Positions 9,899 through 19,507 of a DNA stretch of 64,000 nucleotides are shown one piece after another (positions within the stretch are counted from its first letter, which is position 1; each line of letters begins with the position of its first letter). Below the pieces are notes generated by a model. The model searched no databases. It was not told the origin of the DNA and saw only the letters and a program-made list of their open reading frames with translations. The position numbers and the translations under genes are program-made. Source of the stretch: Phycisphaerae bacterium (GTDB lineage: Bacteria; Planctomycetota; Phycisphaerae; UBA1845; Fen-1342); contig CAXXWX010000026.1 of the NCBI GenBank assembly GCA_963675745.2, positions 320,001 through 384,000 on the forward strand, read 5' to 3'.

Positions 9899-10750
9899 AT
9901 GCGAGCACGCTTTCTTATGCTGACCGTCGCCGTCTGTGTGTTTGGGGCCGCGACAGTGGCGGCTCAGACAGTCACGCTGACGTTGGAATCAACCCAGAAC
10001 GGTCAGACCGTTGCCCCTGGCGCAACGATCGACTGGACTATCAAGGTATTGGTGTCTGACGGTGACAATGACGGGCTGGCGCTGGTCTGCTGTGACCTGA
10101 CTCAGGCGGCCGGCAATCCAGCCAAGCTCGACATTCCGCCGGCCAGTGGCGTTCCCACCGGGATGGAGAAGTTCAGCCGACCGCTCGGCGTGACGAATCC
10201 TCCTGAGACAGATCCCGTCACCGGCTACATGGGCGTGCAGCGCGGGACCGCCGGCGAGATGAACCTCATCCAGATCGGCGGTGGGCAGAACACGTTCGGT
10301 GAGGCAATGTCGCCCGGGACCGGCATTGCGGAAAACGCCGACGTGAGCGCCGGCGTGGCGCAAGGTGGCACGCCGCAGGTGGTGGCCACCGGGTCGTTCC
10401 TGGCTCCGGCGACCACGGGCTCGTACACGTTCAGTATCGAGAACCTGTTTGGCAACGTGCTGGTCCAGCGGAATGATCCGCCGGCATTCTCTCCCGTCGT
10501 AAAGATCACTCCGACCGCGGCGCCGTCAAGCTTCTCGTTTACGGTGGGCGCGGGTTATCAAATCGGTGACCTGAATTGCGACGGTCTGGTCAATAACGGC
10601 GACATTGACCCGTTCGTGCTCGCGGTCACAGACGAAGCCGGCTACAATGCGCAGTATCCAAGTTGTGACCGTAATCTGGCGGACTGTAACCAGGACAGCT
10701 TGATCAATAACGGCGACATCGATTCCTTTGTAGCATTGATTGCGGGGTAG
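9899..10750 (+). CDS. Secreted beta-rich (possibly cohesin-like) protein with C-terminal dockerin-like domain
   Basis: Signal peptide; C-terminal GDLNCDGLVNNGDIDPFV...ADCNQDSLINNGDIDSFV duplicated Ca-binding loops. Confidence 0.8.
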   Translation: MRARFLMLTVAVCVFGAATVAAQTVTLTLESTQNGQTVAPGATIDWTIKVLVSDGDNDGLALVCCDLTQAAGNPAKLDIPPASGVPTGMEKFSRPLGVTNPPETDPVTGYMGVQRGTAGEMNLIQIGGGQNTFGEAMSPGTGIAENADVSAGVAQGGTPQVVATGSFLAPATTGSYTFSIENLFGNVLVQRNDPPAFSPVVKITPTAAPSSFSFTVGAGYQIGDLNCDGLVNNGDIDPFVLAVTDEAGYNAQYPSCDRNLADCNQDSLINNGDIDSFVALIAG

Positions 10751-10850
10751 CGAGCATTAGGGCTCGTGGCGCACGAACTCGGCTCAGAGCGCTCTGACTC
10801 ATGCACCTGAGATTCGAGTTGCGCCGCGGCCCTCACGAGGCCTATCCAAC

Positions 10851-10906
10851 CCGCCGTGGAAAGCGTGACCGACGCACTTCGGTTGTGTTTTCCGCGGCGG
10901 TTTTTT
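10851..10906 (+). terminator. Rho-independent terminator
   Basis: Stem ccgccgtggaaagcg / tgttttccgcggcgg followed by T6. Confidence 0.75.
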
Positions 10907-10985
10907 GCGCACACCCTCCGGCGCGCTTGGCGCCATCCGGGTCAACGCCGAAGATCATAGCTGAGTAAACACAGGAGACCCGACC

Positions 10986-13385
10986 GTGTTAGAGAGCAAC
11001 CAGCAGCGGGCCGCGGCCCCGGACCCTGCGGAAACGCCGAAGCCGAGCAGTCGAGTCGAGCAAATTGCGCTCGAGCACAGCGGATACGAGTTTCTGTATC
11101 GCCCCGATGAGCAGGTGCCCTCCATCATAGTGGACAACTTCCCCGCGCTGGGGCGTCTGACGGCGGCGCGATTCCTGGAGTGGGTGCTGGAGAACCCGGA
11201 GGGCGTGATCTCGCTGCCAACCGGCAAAACGCCCGAGCACTTCATCAAATTCGTACAGCACTTCCTGCAGACGTGGGATACCAGGGAGACGGGTAAGGCA
11301 CTCGAGTCTCTGGGACTGTCGACGCAGCGCAAGCCGGATCTGTCCGGACTGCGTTTCGTTCAGATAGACGAGTTCTACCCGATCGATTCAAAGCAGCAGA
11401 ACAGCTTCTACTACTACGTACACAAGTACTACATCAAGGGGTTCGGGTTGGATCGCGCTCGAGCGCTGCTGATCGATCCACTGACAATCGGATTGCCGCC
11501 AGGCACATCGCTCAAGGAGATCTTCCCGGACCTGTCGGTCGACCTGTCACTGCGCATTCGGCGGGCAACATCACTGCTCGAGAAGCGGCAGCAGCAAGTC
11601 GTACGGGCCGTGGATGATTTCTGTACCGACTACGAACGCCGTATCACCGAGATGGGTGGGATCGGCTTCTTTCTTGGCGGCATCGGCCCCGACGGGCACA
11701 TCGCGTTCAACATCCGCGGCTCCGATCTGTTTTCCACGACGCGACTGCTTGACCCGAACTACGAGACGCGCGCCGCGGCGGCGGGCGACCTGGGCGGCAT
11801 GGAGGTCGCGCGGCACAAGAGTGTGATCACGGTCGGTCTGGCGACGATCACGCGTAACCGCGACGCGGTGGTCATCATTTTCGCCGCCGGTGAAGCCAAG
11901 GCGCGCATGGTGGCCCAGACGATCCACAGCGATTTGTGCAACACCTATCCCGGCTCGGTGCTGGGACTTCTGCCCAACGCACGCTTCTATCTGACCAGCG
12001 GGGCGGCCCGGCAACTGACCAGACGGGTCTTTGTTGACTTCGCGCGGCGTGAGGAGGTTCCGGACGAGCAGCTTTACCGCATCGTGATGGATCTGTCCTT
12101 AAGCCACCAGAAACCGATCAAACACCTCACCAAGGAGGATTTCCAGAACGATCGGTTTGGGGCCGAGTTGCTGAGCAAGACGCAAAGCACATCTGAGGAT
12201 TTGGCCGCGCGAACCGAGCGGCGCGTGCTGGACAGCCTGCAACGCGGCCATGCGCCGGTCGAGCACAAAACGCTGCTGCACACCGCGCCGCACCACGACG
12301 ACATCATTCTGGCGTACCTGCCGTACGTCACGAATGCGGTGCGCCGCCGCACAACGAAGCACTGCTTCGCATATATGACTTCCGGATTCAACGCGGTGAC
12401 CAACAGCCACATGCACGCCGCGATCGTGGATCTTCTGCAGCGCCTCAGGGATGGCGCGTTTCGCGATATGGTCCGTCCCGAACTCTACGATGCTGACAAC
12501 GCCCGCGCGCGGCGAATCGACACGTCACACTATTTCCAGGGCGTGGCGCGCACGCGCCTGGAGGTACAACATCAGGCGTCGGCACAGCGTCTGCTGCGCA
12601 ACCTGATCGAACTGTACGAGGATGACAATCTCGACAATATCCAGCAGCGCCTGACCGAACTGGAGAACTACTTCCACACGCAGTACCCCGGCAAGAAAGA
12701 CACCGCCGTGGTGCAGCAGCTCAAGGGACGTACGCGCGAGTGGGAAGCGGACCTGAAGTGGGCGTATTACGGATTCACCGGCGAGACAGTACGACACCTG
12801 CGGTTGGGGTTCTACAAGGGCGATGTCTTTACCGAAACTCCAACGGTCGATCGCGACGTGTTGCCGATTCGTGATCTGCTGTTGGAAGTGGCTCCGGACA
12901 TTGTCACCGTCGCGTTTGACCCCGAAGGCAGCGGCCCCGATACGCACTACAAGGTGCTGCAAGCCGTTTCGGCGGCTCTGGGCCTGTACGAGAATGAGAC
13001 CGGCCGGCACGAAGTCCGCGTATTGGGCTATCGCAATGTCTGGTTCAAATTCCACCCCGCCGAAGCGAATCTCTACGTACCGGTGTCATTGACGCACATG
13101 AATGATCTGGAGATGTGTTTCGATACGTGTTTTGCCACGCAGCGGACGGCGTCGTTCCCAAGTCACGAGTATGACGGCCCGTTCTCAAAGCTCGCCCGCA
13201 AGATTCAGGCCAAGCAGCATACGCAGATACGCACTTTCCTCGGCGAGGACTTCTTCGTGTACAACGAAGACCACGGGCTGCGGGCCGCTCGCGGCATGGT
13301 TTTCCTGCGTGAGATGGATCTGGCCGAGTTCTACACGAAGTCTGCCGAGCTAAAGCAGATGGCCGAGGATGTGCGCCGCCGATAG
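10986..13385 (+). CDS. nagB: Glucosamine-6-phosphate deaminase, long form fused to a PIG-L/LmbE-like domain
   Basis: SLPTGKTP, QIDEFYP, GGIGPDGHIAFN (NagB); second half TAPHHDDIIL, YMTSG, DPEGSGPDTH (PIG-L-like). Confidence 0.85.
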   Translation: MLESNQQRAAAPDPAETPKPSSRVEQIALEHSGYEFLYRPDEQVPSIIVDNFPALGRLTAARFLEWVLENPEGVISLPTGKTPEHFIKFVQHFLQTWDTRETGKALESLGLSTQRKPDLSGLRFVQIDEFYPIDSKQQNSFYYYVHKYYIKGFGLDRARALLIDPLTIGLPPGTSLKEIFPDLSVDLSLRIRRATSLLEKRQQQVVRAVDDFCTDYERRITEMGGIGFFLGGIGPDGHIAFNIRGSDLFSTTRLLDPNYETRAAAAGDLGGMEVARHKSVITVGLATITRNRDAVVIIFAAGEAKARMVAQTIHSDLCNTYPGSVLGLLPNARFYLTSGAARQLTRRVFVDFARREEVPDEQLYRIVMDLSLSHQKPIKHLTKEDFQNDRFGAELLSKTQSTSEDLAARTERRVLDSLQRGHAPVEHKTLLHTAPHHDDIILAYLPYVTNAVRRRTTKHCFAYMTSGFNAVTNSHMHAAIVDLLQRLRDGAFRDMVRPELYDADNARARRIDTSHYFQGVARTRLEVQHQASAQRLLRNLIELYEDDNLDNIQQRLTELENYFHTQYPGKKDTAVVQQLKGRTREWEADLKWAYYGFTGETVRHLRLGFYKGDVFTETPTVDRDVLPIRDLLLEVAPDIVTVAFDPEGSGPDTHYKVLQAVSAALGLYENETGRHEVRVLGYRNVWFKFHPAEANLYVPVSLTHMNDLEMCFDTCFATQRTASFPSHEYDGPFSKLARKIQAKQHTQIRTFLGEDFFVYNEDHGLRAARGMVFLREMDLAEFYTKSAELKQMAEDVRRR

Positions 13386-13415
13386 CCGCGCGCCGGCCCA
13401 TCCGCTTGACGCTCC

Positions 13416-16091
13416 CTACGCGCGCGCCGCGGCTTTGTCCAAGGCCTCGGCGATCTTGCGGATGAGTACCTTTGGCTTGACCGGTTTGGTGAGATAACCC
13501 GAACAACCGGCGGCAAGGCAGCGCTCGGCGTCACCGGACATGGCGTGCGCGGTGAGCGCGATGATCGGCAACGTGAACCCGCGCTCGCGCAACACGCGGG
13601 TGGCCGTGTAACCATCCATCACCGGCATCTGCATGTCCATGAGGATCAGGTCGAAATCCTCGGCGACGGCCGACTCGACGCCCAGTTGTCCGTTCTCGGC
13701 AGTCTCAACCCGCGCCCCCGCACGCCGCAAAAAGATGCTGATCAGCTTGCGGTTATCCGGCCCATCCTCCACCAGCAGGATGCGCGCATCCAGTTGTGGC
13801 GGGCTCTCATCGGAGCTTGCGGCGCGCGACTTGGAAATAGCTTCCGTGGTGGCTTCATCATCGTCAGCCGCAGCCTGGTAACGGCCGGGATCGATCTCCA
13901 ACGTAAAGACACTGCCGCGCCCCTCCTCGCTGGTGACGGTGATGCCACCGCCAAGCAATGCGGCGATTCGGCTGCTGATCGCCAGCCCCAGGCCGGTGCC
14001 GCCGAACCGGCGCGTCACCGAGGTGTCGGCCTGCGCGAACGTGTCAAAAATGACGTCCAGCTTGTCGGCGGGAATGCCCACGCCGGTGTCCGCGACACTG
14101 ATGGTCAAGCGTTGACCTTGCTCACGCTGCGCCATGGCCGTGCTGATCCGCACGCTGCCGGCAACCGTGAATTTGACAGCATTGCTGACGAGGTTCCATA
14201 CCAATTGCCGGAAGCGTGTGGGGTCGGTCTCGATTTTGTGGGGCACGTTTCGATCGAAGTCGACAATCAGGTCGAGCCCCTTATTCATGGCCGGCACGCG
14301 CATGCTTGACGCGACGTCGGCAACGATTTCGTGGGGGCTGCACTCAATGCGCTCGATCTCCATCCGTCGCGCCTCAACCTTTGAAAGATCGAGGATATCA
14401 TTGATCAAGCTGAGCAGATGCTCGCCGTTGGCGTGGATCGTCTTACACCACTCTTCATGCTCGGCGACCTGGGTCTCCGTCTGGCCAAGCAACTCGGCGA
14501 ACCCGAGGATCGCGGTCAGCGGCGTGCGCAGCTCATGGCTCATGTTGGCCAGAAAGTCGCTCTTCGCCCGGTTGGTCTGTTCGGCGGCCTCCTTGGCCTG
14601 ACGCAAACGCGCTTGCGCCTGTACACGCTCGTTGGCCTCAACCGCCAGCGCGACAAGATCCGCCATCGAACCGGCGAACTGCTGTTCGTCAAGCGTCCAC
14701 TCACGCATGGGGCCGACGTGCTCGTGACACACGACGCCGATCGTGACGCTACCGACTCGGACTGGAGCGTCAAGCAGCGACGTGACCGCGTGTGTTCGCA
14801 AGTACGTGTCGGAGAATTCGCGGGTTCGCGGATCGTTGTGCGCATCGTTGGCCGCGATGGCCCGGTCCTGCTGAAGCGCCGCAAAGTAGTTCGGGAAGTC
14901 CGCGGCATCGACCTCCACACCCTCCGAGTGTTCGTCCCGGTCGCGGCGATAGAGGTCAATGCACTGCAGCTTCGTCTGGCTATCGTCAAAGAACCACACG
15001 CCGACCTGGGCGACTTCGATCGTCTGCGCCGCTGTGGCCGTGATGTCCCGCAGTGCCTGGTGCAGGTCGCCGCGTTCGGAGGTCTTGCTCTTGGACAGCG
15101 CAACCAGGGCGTCGTTTTGCCGGCGCAGGCGTGCCTCGCTCGCGCGCAACGCATCCTCGGCGCGGCGTCGTTCGGCGATCTCCACCTCGAGTTCGGCGCG
15201 GCGCTGCTGAAGCTCGGCGGTGCGTTCGCGCACCTTGCGCTCGACAGACGCATACGCGTGCTGCACGCGATCAGCCATGTGGTTAAACGCTCTTGCCAAC
15301 ACGCCGATCTCGCCGAAGGCCTGCTCACCCGCGCGCTTGTCCCGCTCACCGTTCGCCAGCGCCGTGGCCGTCGCCACCAGGTCGCGCAATGGCGTGAGTA
15401 GCTGCCGAACGGCAACGGTCGTGAGGGCGATGCCCAGCGCGGTGACCAGTGCCGCAATCAGCACACTGGAGATCGCGCGCCGGCCCAGCTCGGCATGGAT
15501 GTCGGCGAGGCTGTACGTCAAACAGACGAACCCGAGAGGTGCCTCTTCCGCGGACTGAAGCACAGGTTCTTCGTCGAGAAGATCCAGCTCGATCTCGTCG
15601 TTACTTCGCCAGATCGGAACCACCACGAGGAGCTGGTTGGCCGAGCGTTCGACGCGCGCACTGCCACGCGAACGCAATCCAGCCATCGGATTGCCGGTAT
15701 CGATGGCAATCTCGGCCTCGAACGACCTGTGGCGCTGGGTCACCACCATTTCATCGCCGGCGGCGTTGAGTATCTGGGCATGGACAACGTTGTGATCCTG
15801 AGAAGCCATCTGCGCGACGCGTTCAAGCGCCACGGCATCGTTCAGCAGAACGGCCGGTTCGGCGCCGTGGCTTACGGCGCGAGCATGCACTACCGCGCTG
15901 TCCGTCACACGACGTAACGAATCGCCGTAATTCTGCCGGATGAGCGCCGCAGACAAGACACCGACTGAGCCGAGCAACAACGCCGCACATAGCGCGATAG
16001 ACCGGCTCTTTAGCCCTCCACGCATGCCAGCGAACATCGAGGCGACTCCCAAGGCTATGCCCAGGCGGTCCAGATAGAGTGCAGCGCCCAT
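13416..16091 (-). CDS. Membrane hybrid sensor histidine kinase/response regulator (HAMP-GAF-HisKA-HATPase-REC)
   Basis: Two TM segments, EIGVLARAFNHM (HAMP), GAF, FLANMSHELRTPL, NLVSNAVKFT, DTGVGI, GGTGLGL, DLILMDMQMP. Start uncertain. Confidence 0.93.
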   Translation of the reverse strand: MGAALYLDRLGIALGVASMFAGMRGGLKSRSIALCAALLLGSVGVLSAALIRQNYGDSLRRVTDSAVVHARAVSHGAEPAVLLNDAVALERVAQMASQDHNVVHAQILNAAGDEMVVTQRHRSFEAEIAIDTGNPMAGLRSRGSARVERSANQLLVVVPIWRSNDEIELDLLDEEPVLQSAEEAPLGFVCLTYSLADIHAELGRRAISSVLIAALVTALGIALTTVAVRQLLTPLRDLVATATALANGERDKRAGEQAFGEIGVLARAFNHMADRVQHAYASVERKVRERTAELQQRRAELEVEIAERRRAEDALRASEARLRRQNDALVALSKSKTSERGDLHQALRDITATAAQTIEVAQVGVWFFDDSQTKLQCIDLYRRDRDEHSEGVEVDAADFPNYFAALQQDRAIAANDAHNDPRTREFSDTYLRTHAVTSLLDAPVRVGSVTIGVVCHEHVGPMREWTLDEQQFAGSMADLVALAVEANERVQAQARLRQAKEAAEQTNRAKSDFLANMSHELRTPLTAILGFAELLGQTETQVAEHEEWCKTIHANGEHLLSLINDILDLSKVEARRMEIERIECSPHEIVADVASSMRVPAMNKGLDLIVDFDRNVPHKIETDPTRFRQLVWNLVSNAVKFTVAGSVRISTAMAQREQGQRLTISVADTGVGIPADKLDVIFDTFAQADTSVTRRFGGTGLGLAISSRIAALLGGGITVTSEEGRGSVFTLEIDPGRYQAAADDDEATTEAISKSRAASSDESPPQLDARILLVEDGPDNRKLISIFLRRAGARVETAENGQLGVESAVAEDFDLILMDMQMPVMDGYTATRVLRERGFTLPIIALTAHAMSGDAERCLAAGCSGYLTKPVKPKVLIRKIAEALDKAAARA

Positions 16092-16315
16092 GGTCGACGT
16101 GCGCTGTCCGGCCCAGTTGAAACGTTGTCAGACACCGGCCATTGGATCGACCAAATCGGCGGGTCACATGCGTTGGCGATGTCATGTTGCTGTGCCGACC
16201 GGCCCGTAAGCGCTCCCGGTGCCACGTGTGCGGATAATTCCACCCTGATGCATCGGTTGACCTGACCTGGACAGACCGTTGTGCCGATAACAGAGTCAAG
16301 TCAGCGGGACAACGG

Positions 16316-17371
16316 GTGGTAGGCGTTCGCGCCGCGGTGGGCCCGTTGCACATGCCCCAACAGGGGGCCCTGTTGAATTCGTTGAGGTACGACTTGCGCG
16401 CACACACGACCTGCACAGGCACTCGGCTCCGCCCGTGGATCACGGGCGCGGTGCTGTGCGCATACGCGGCCTGCGGCTCTGGACTGGCCGAGTCGCAGCG
16501 GGTCGGCGTGGTCTACGGAGCCAAAGGGCCATACAGCGTGGCTGCCCGGAAACTCGCGGAGGATTTGGGCAAATCCGGCTATGAGTGTCGCCTGTTTGAA
16601 CTACCACCGCACGACGACGCGGCGCAGAAGAAGGTAATACGACAGCTTGTCTCCTATGAGCCCGCGGCACTCGCTACCGGCGGGACAACGGCGACCATGA
16701 TGGGGTTGGAGTCGCTGGCGGGTGTGCCGGTGATTGCGTTCATGGTGCCAAACGCCCTGGACGCCCCGTTTCTCCAGCGCGACTACGCCCACCGGGAACG
16801 TGTCGTGTGCGTTCCAAGCGACATCGATCCCGCCACACAAGTCGAGTGGATAGCGCGCACGCGGCCGGGCTGCAAGCGTATCGCAATCCCGTGCAGTGCG
16901 CGCACATCGAAGACAGTGGCGTCTATCACACAGGCCGGCCAGGCGCGCGGGCTGGACCTCAAGCCTGTCGAAACCAGTGCCAACGACATACCCAAGCTGA
17001 TCGACACGCTCGGTAAAGAGCGTTTTGACGGCCTGCTCATGATTCCGGACGGCCAGGTCTATAACTCACCCAACGTGCAGCGGATTCTGCTCTGGGGTGT
17101 GCGGCAAAAGAAGCCTGTCTGGGCCTTCTCGACGAATGTCGTCAAAGCCGGCGCCTTCAGTGGTGTGTCGTGCGACAGCGCTGCGGTGGGCGCGCAGAGC
17201 GCGGCCATGGTCACCAAAGTGCTGAAAGGGGCGCGGCCGGCAACGCTCGGAGTGCAGTACCCCGAGCATGTCGACCACGCGGTGAATGTACATACGGCCG
17301 AGATGATTGAGGCCCCTTTAGACGGCGACGCGTTCGACAAGCGCGTGGCTCGTCTGGGAGAGCGACCATGA
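16316..17371 (+). CDS. Periplasmic ABC-type substrate-binding-like protein
   Basis: DGLLMIPD, PVWAFS..VKAGA, VGAQSAAMVTKVLKG, VNVHTAEMI pattern of the ABC_sub_bind family. True start probably downstream. Confidence 0.7.
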   Translation: MVGVRAAVGPLHMPQQGALLNSLRYDLRAHTTCTGTRLRPWITGAVLCAYAACGSGLAESQRVGVVYGAKGPYSVAARKLAEDLGKSGYECRLFELPPHDDAAQKKVIRQLVSYEPAALATGGTTATMMGLESLAGVPVIAFMVPNALDAPFLQRDYAHRERVVCVPSDIDPATQVEWIARTRPGCKRIAIPCSARTSKTVASITQAGQARGLDLKPVETSANDIPKLIDTLGKERFDGLLMIPDGQVYNSPNVQRILLWGVRQKKPVWAFSTNVVKAGAFSGVSCDSAAVGAQSAAMVTKVLKGARPATLGVQYPEHVDHAVNVHTAEMIEAPLDGDAFDKRVARLGERP

Positions 17372-19488
17372 TTCGGACAACGCCCCGGTCGCGCATAGTC
17401 GGGGGGGGATGCACGCTTTGGATTCGCCGAGAGTTGGTGCTGGCACCGCTGCTGGCTGCGCTGCTTGTCGCGGTAGAGGCTGGAGCACTGGATGACCAGC
17501 TTCCCAACGACGCGCCTTCAACGGCACAGCCACCCGGCGAACAGGCGGCCGAAGCTGTATCCGCAAGCGAGGTGGTCCCGGACGAGGCGGAAGCCCCCGC
17601 GGCCTTCGAAGACTTCGACGACATCGGGCTCCTCGAACTGGAGGTGCCCACTGTCACAACGGCCGCCCGCAGGACCCAGAGCATCACAACCGTGCCGTAC
17701 GCAATCAGCATCGTAACCGCAGAGGACATCCGCCGCTGTGGAGCGCGCAGCGTGGCTGATGCGCTTCGACTCGTGCCGGGTATGGACGTCGCGGACATGA
17801 CGTTCAACGTACCGGCAGTTTCGCCAAGGGGTTTTCACGGTTTTCTGTCGCGACAGGTCCTGGTGCTGGTGGATGGACGTCAGATTTTTGATTCGGTGTT
17901 CGGCGGGACACTGTGGGCCAGTTGGCCGTTCCAGTTGGAAGATATCGAACGCATTGAGGTCATCCGCGGCCCGGCGGGCGTGACGTGGGGAGCCAACGCG
18001 GTCAACGGCGTGATAAACATCATTACCAAGAAGCCGAAGGACCAGGCCGGAGTGACTTTCAGGGCCGGTGGCGGGTCGCGCGGCTGGCACATGGGCTACC
18101 TGGGATACGCATTCGCCGACGATAAGCTGCAACTGCGCGTTTCCGGTGACTATGAATACAGTGACGGGTTCCTGCGCGGCGGGTCGCCTCTCAGGACTTT
18201 GGACGACGAATACCGCGCGGGGCGCATGTCGGTACACGCGCTATATGATTGGGGCCCGGATGATGAGTTCCTGTTCTCCGCCGGAAGTGCGACGTTGGAT
18301 GGTGGATATCCGCGCTCCCCATCAAGCGGGCTGATCGGGCGCTCATCCGGCTCGCAGGCCAACTTCGTGCTGGGAAAGTGGACGCATCAGGTTGCCCCAG
18401 ACAACACGTTGCAGGTGACGGGATATGTCAATGATTCCTTCCAGTCACCAGGCATGCGGGCGATCGACTACCGCTACCAGCAATTCGCTTTGCAGTTGAG
18501 CCACACGTTCAAGCCGTCCCAGGCCCACACACTGACCTGGGGTGTTGATGGGCGCGTGGACCTGCTGGACCTCACCAATGCTGACCCCTTCATGCTTTCG
18601 CGGGCGTACGTCAAGACCGGCACGATTGGCGCGTACATTCAGGACGAGTGGCGACTGGCACCGAAGTGGGTTCTGAATCTGGGAGGACGACTCGACTACG
18701 ACACCTATGGCGGGTTCGAACCCAGCGGACGCGCGGCGGTCTCATACCAGATGAGCGAGAGCACGGCCATCTATGGCGCGGTGTCGCGGGCATTTCAGAT
18801 GCCGCCCGGCGGGCTGCGGTTCCTGGACATCCCGATGCTCGACGGCCTCGCACGTGTCAAGAGCCACAGCGACCTCGAAGCGCAAACCGTCATGGCGTAC
18901 GAGTTGGGCCACCGTGGTCGGTATCTGGATCGGCTGGACCTGAATGTGAATCTGTTCTGGAACGAGCACTTCAACGTCACCACGGTCAGTCCGCGACCTG
19001 GTCCGCCGGGCTTTGTGCGGTTCGACGAAGACAACCGCGCCTCGGCCACTATCTACGGCGCCGAGCTGGACGCGCGCTATGCCGCTTCAGACTCGCTGAC
19101 GCTCCTGGGCAACTACACCTACCAGCAACTCGACTGGGAGTCGATTGCACGCGTCTACGAGAAGGACATCATGTCGCCGCCACGACATAAGTTCATGGTT
19201 GGCGCCCGCTACGACGTCACGGACGATCTGCACCTGTCCAGTCATCTGTACTATGTCACCGAAGTGGAAGGGGCGAACCCCCACTTCCCGTTCGTCTCGC
19301 AGACCATCGATGAGTACTTCCGGCTCGATCTTCTCGCCGAATATGAGTTTTGGGAAGATCGCGCGTCTATCGCGGCGGGTGTTCGTAACCTGCTGGATAA
19401 TCATCACCCCGAGGGCAGCACGGTGTTCCTGAACGACGCCGAGGTGCCGCGCATGTTCTGGGCCGAGCTGCGGCTCAGGTTCAAGTAG
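17368..19488 (+). CDS. TonB-dependent outer-membrane receptor
   Basis: Plug motifs VTAEDIRR, DALRLVPG, LVLVDGR, IERIEVIRGP..WGANAVNGVINIITK; beta-barrel ending in LRLRFK. Confidence 0.93.
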   Translation: MIRTTPRSRIVGGGCTLWIRRELVLAPLLAALLVAVEAGALDDQLPNDAPSTAQPPGEQAAEAVSASEVVPDEAEAPAAFEDFDDIGLLELEVPTVTTAARRTQSITTVPYAISIVTAEDIRRCGARSVADALRLVPGMDVADMTFNVPAVSPRGFHGFLSRQVLVLVDGRQIFDSVFGGTLWASWPFQLEDIERIEVIRGPAGVTWGANAVNGVINIITKKPKDQAGVTFRAGGGSRGWHMGYLGYAFADDKLQLRVSGDYEYSDGFLRGGSPLRTLDDEYRAGRMSVHALYDWGPDDEFLFSAGSATLDGGYPRSPSSGLIGRSSGSQANFVLGKWTHQVAPDNTLQVTGYVNDSFQSPGMRAIDYRYQQFALQLSHTFKPSQAHTLTWGVDGRVDLLDLTNADPFMLSRAYVKTGTIGAYIQDEWRLAPKWVLNLGGRLDYDTYGGFEPSGRAAVSYQMSESTAIYGAVSRAFQMPPGGLRFLDIPMLDGLARVKSHSDLEAQTVMAYELGHRGRYLDRLDLNVNLFWNEHFNVTTVSPRPGPPGFVRFDEDNRASATIYGAELDARYAASDSLTLLGNYTYQQLDWESIARVYEKDIMSPPRHKFMVGARYDVTDDLHLSSHLYYVTEVEGANPHFPFVSQTIDEYFRLDLLAEYEFWEDRASIAAGVRNLLDNHHPEGSTVFLNDAEVPRMFWAELRLRFK

Positions 19489-19507
19489 CCCTGATGCCGC
19501 GCCAGCC

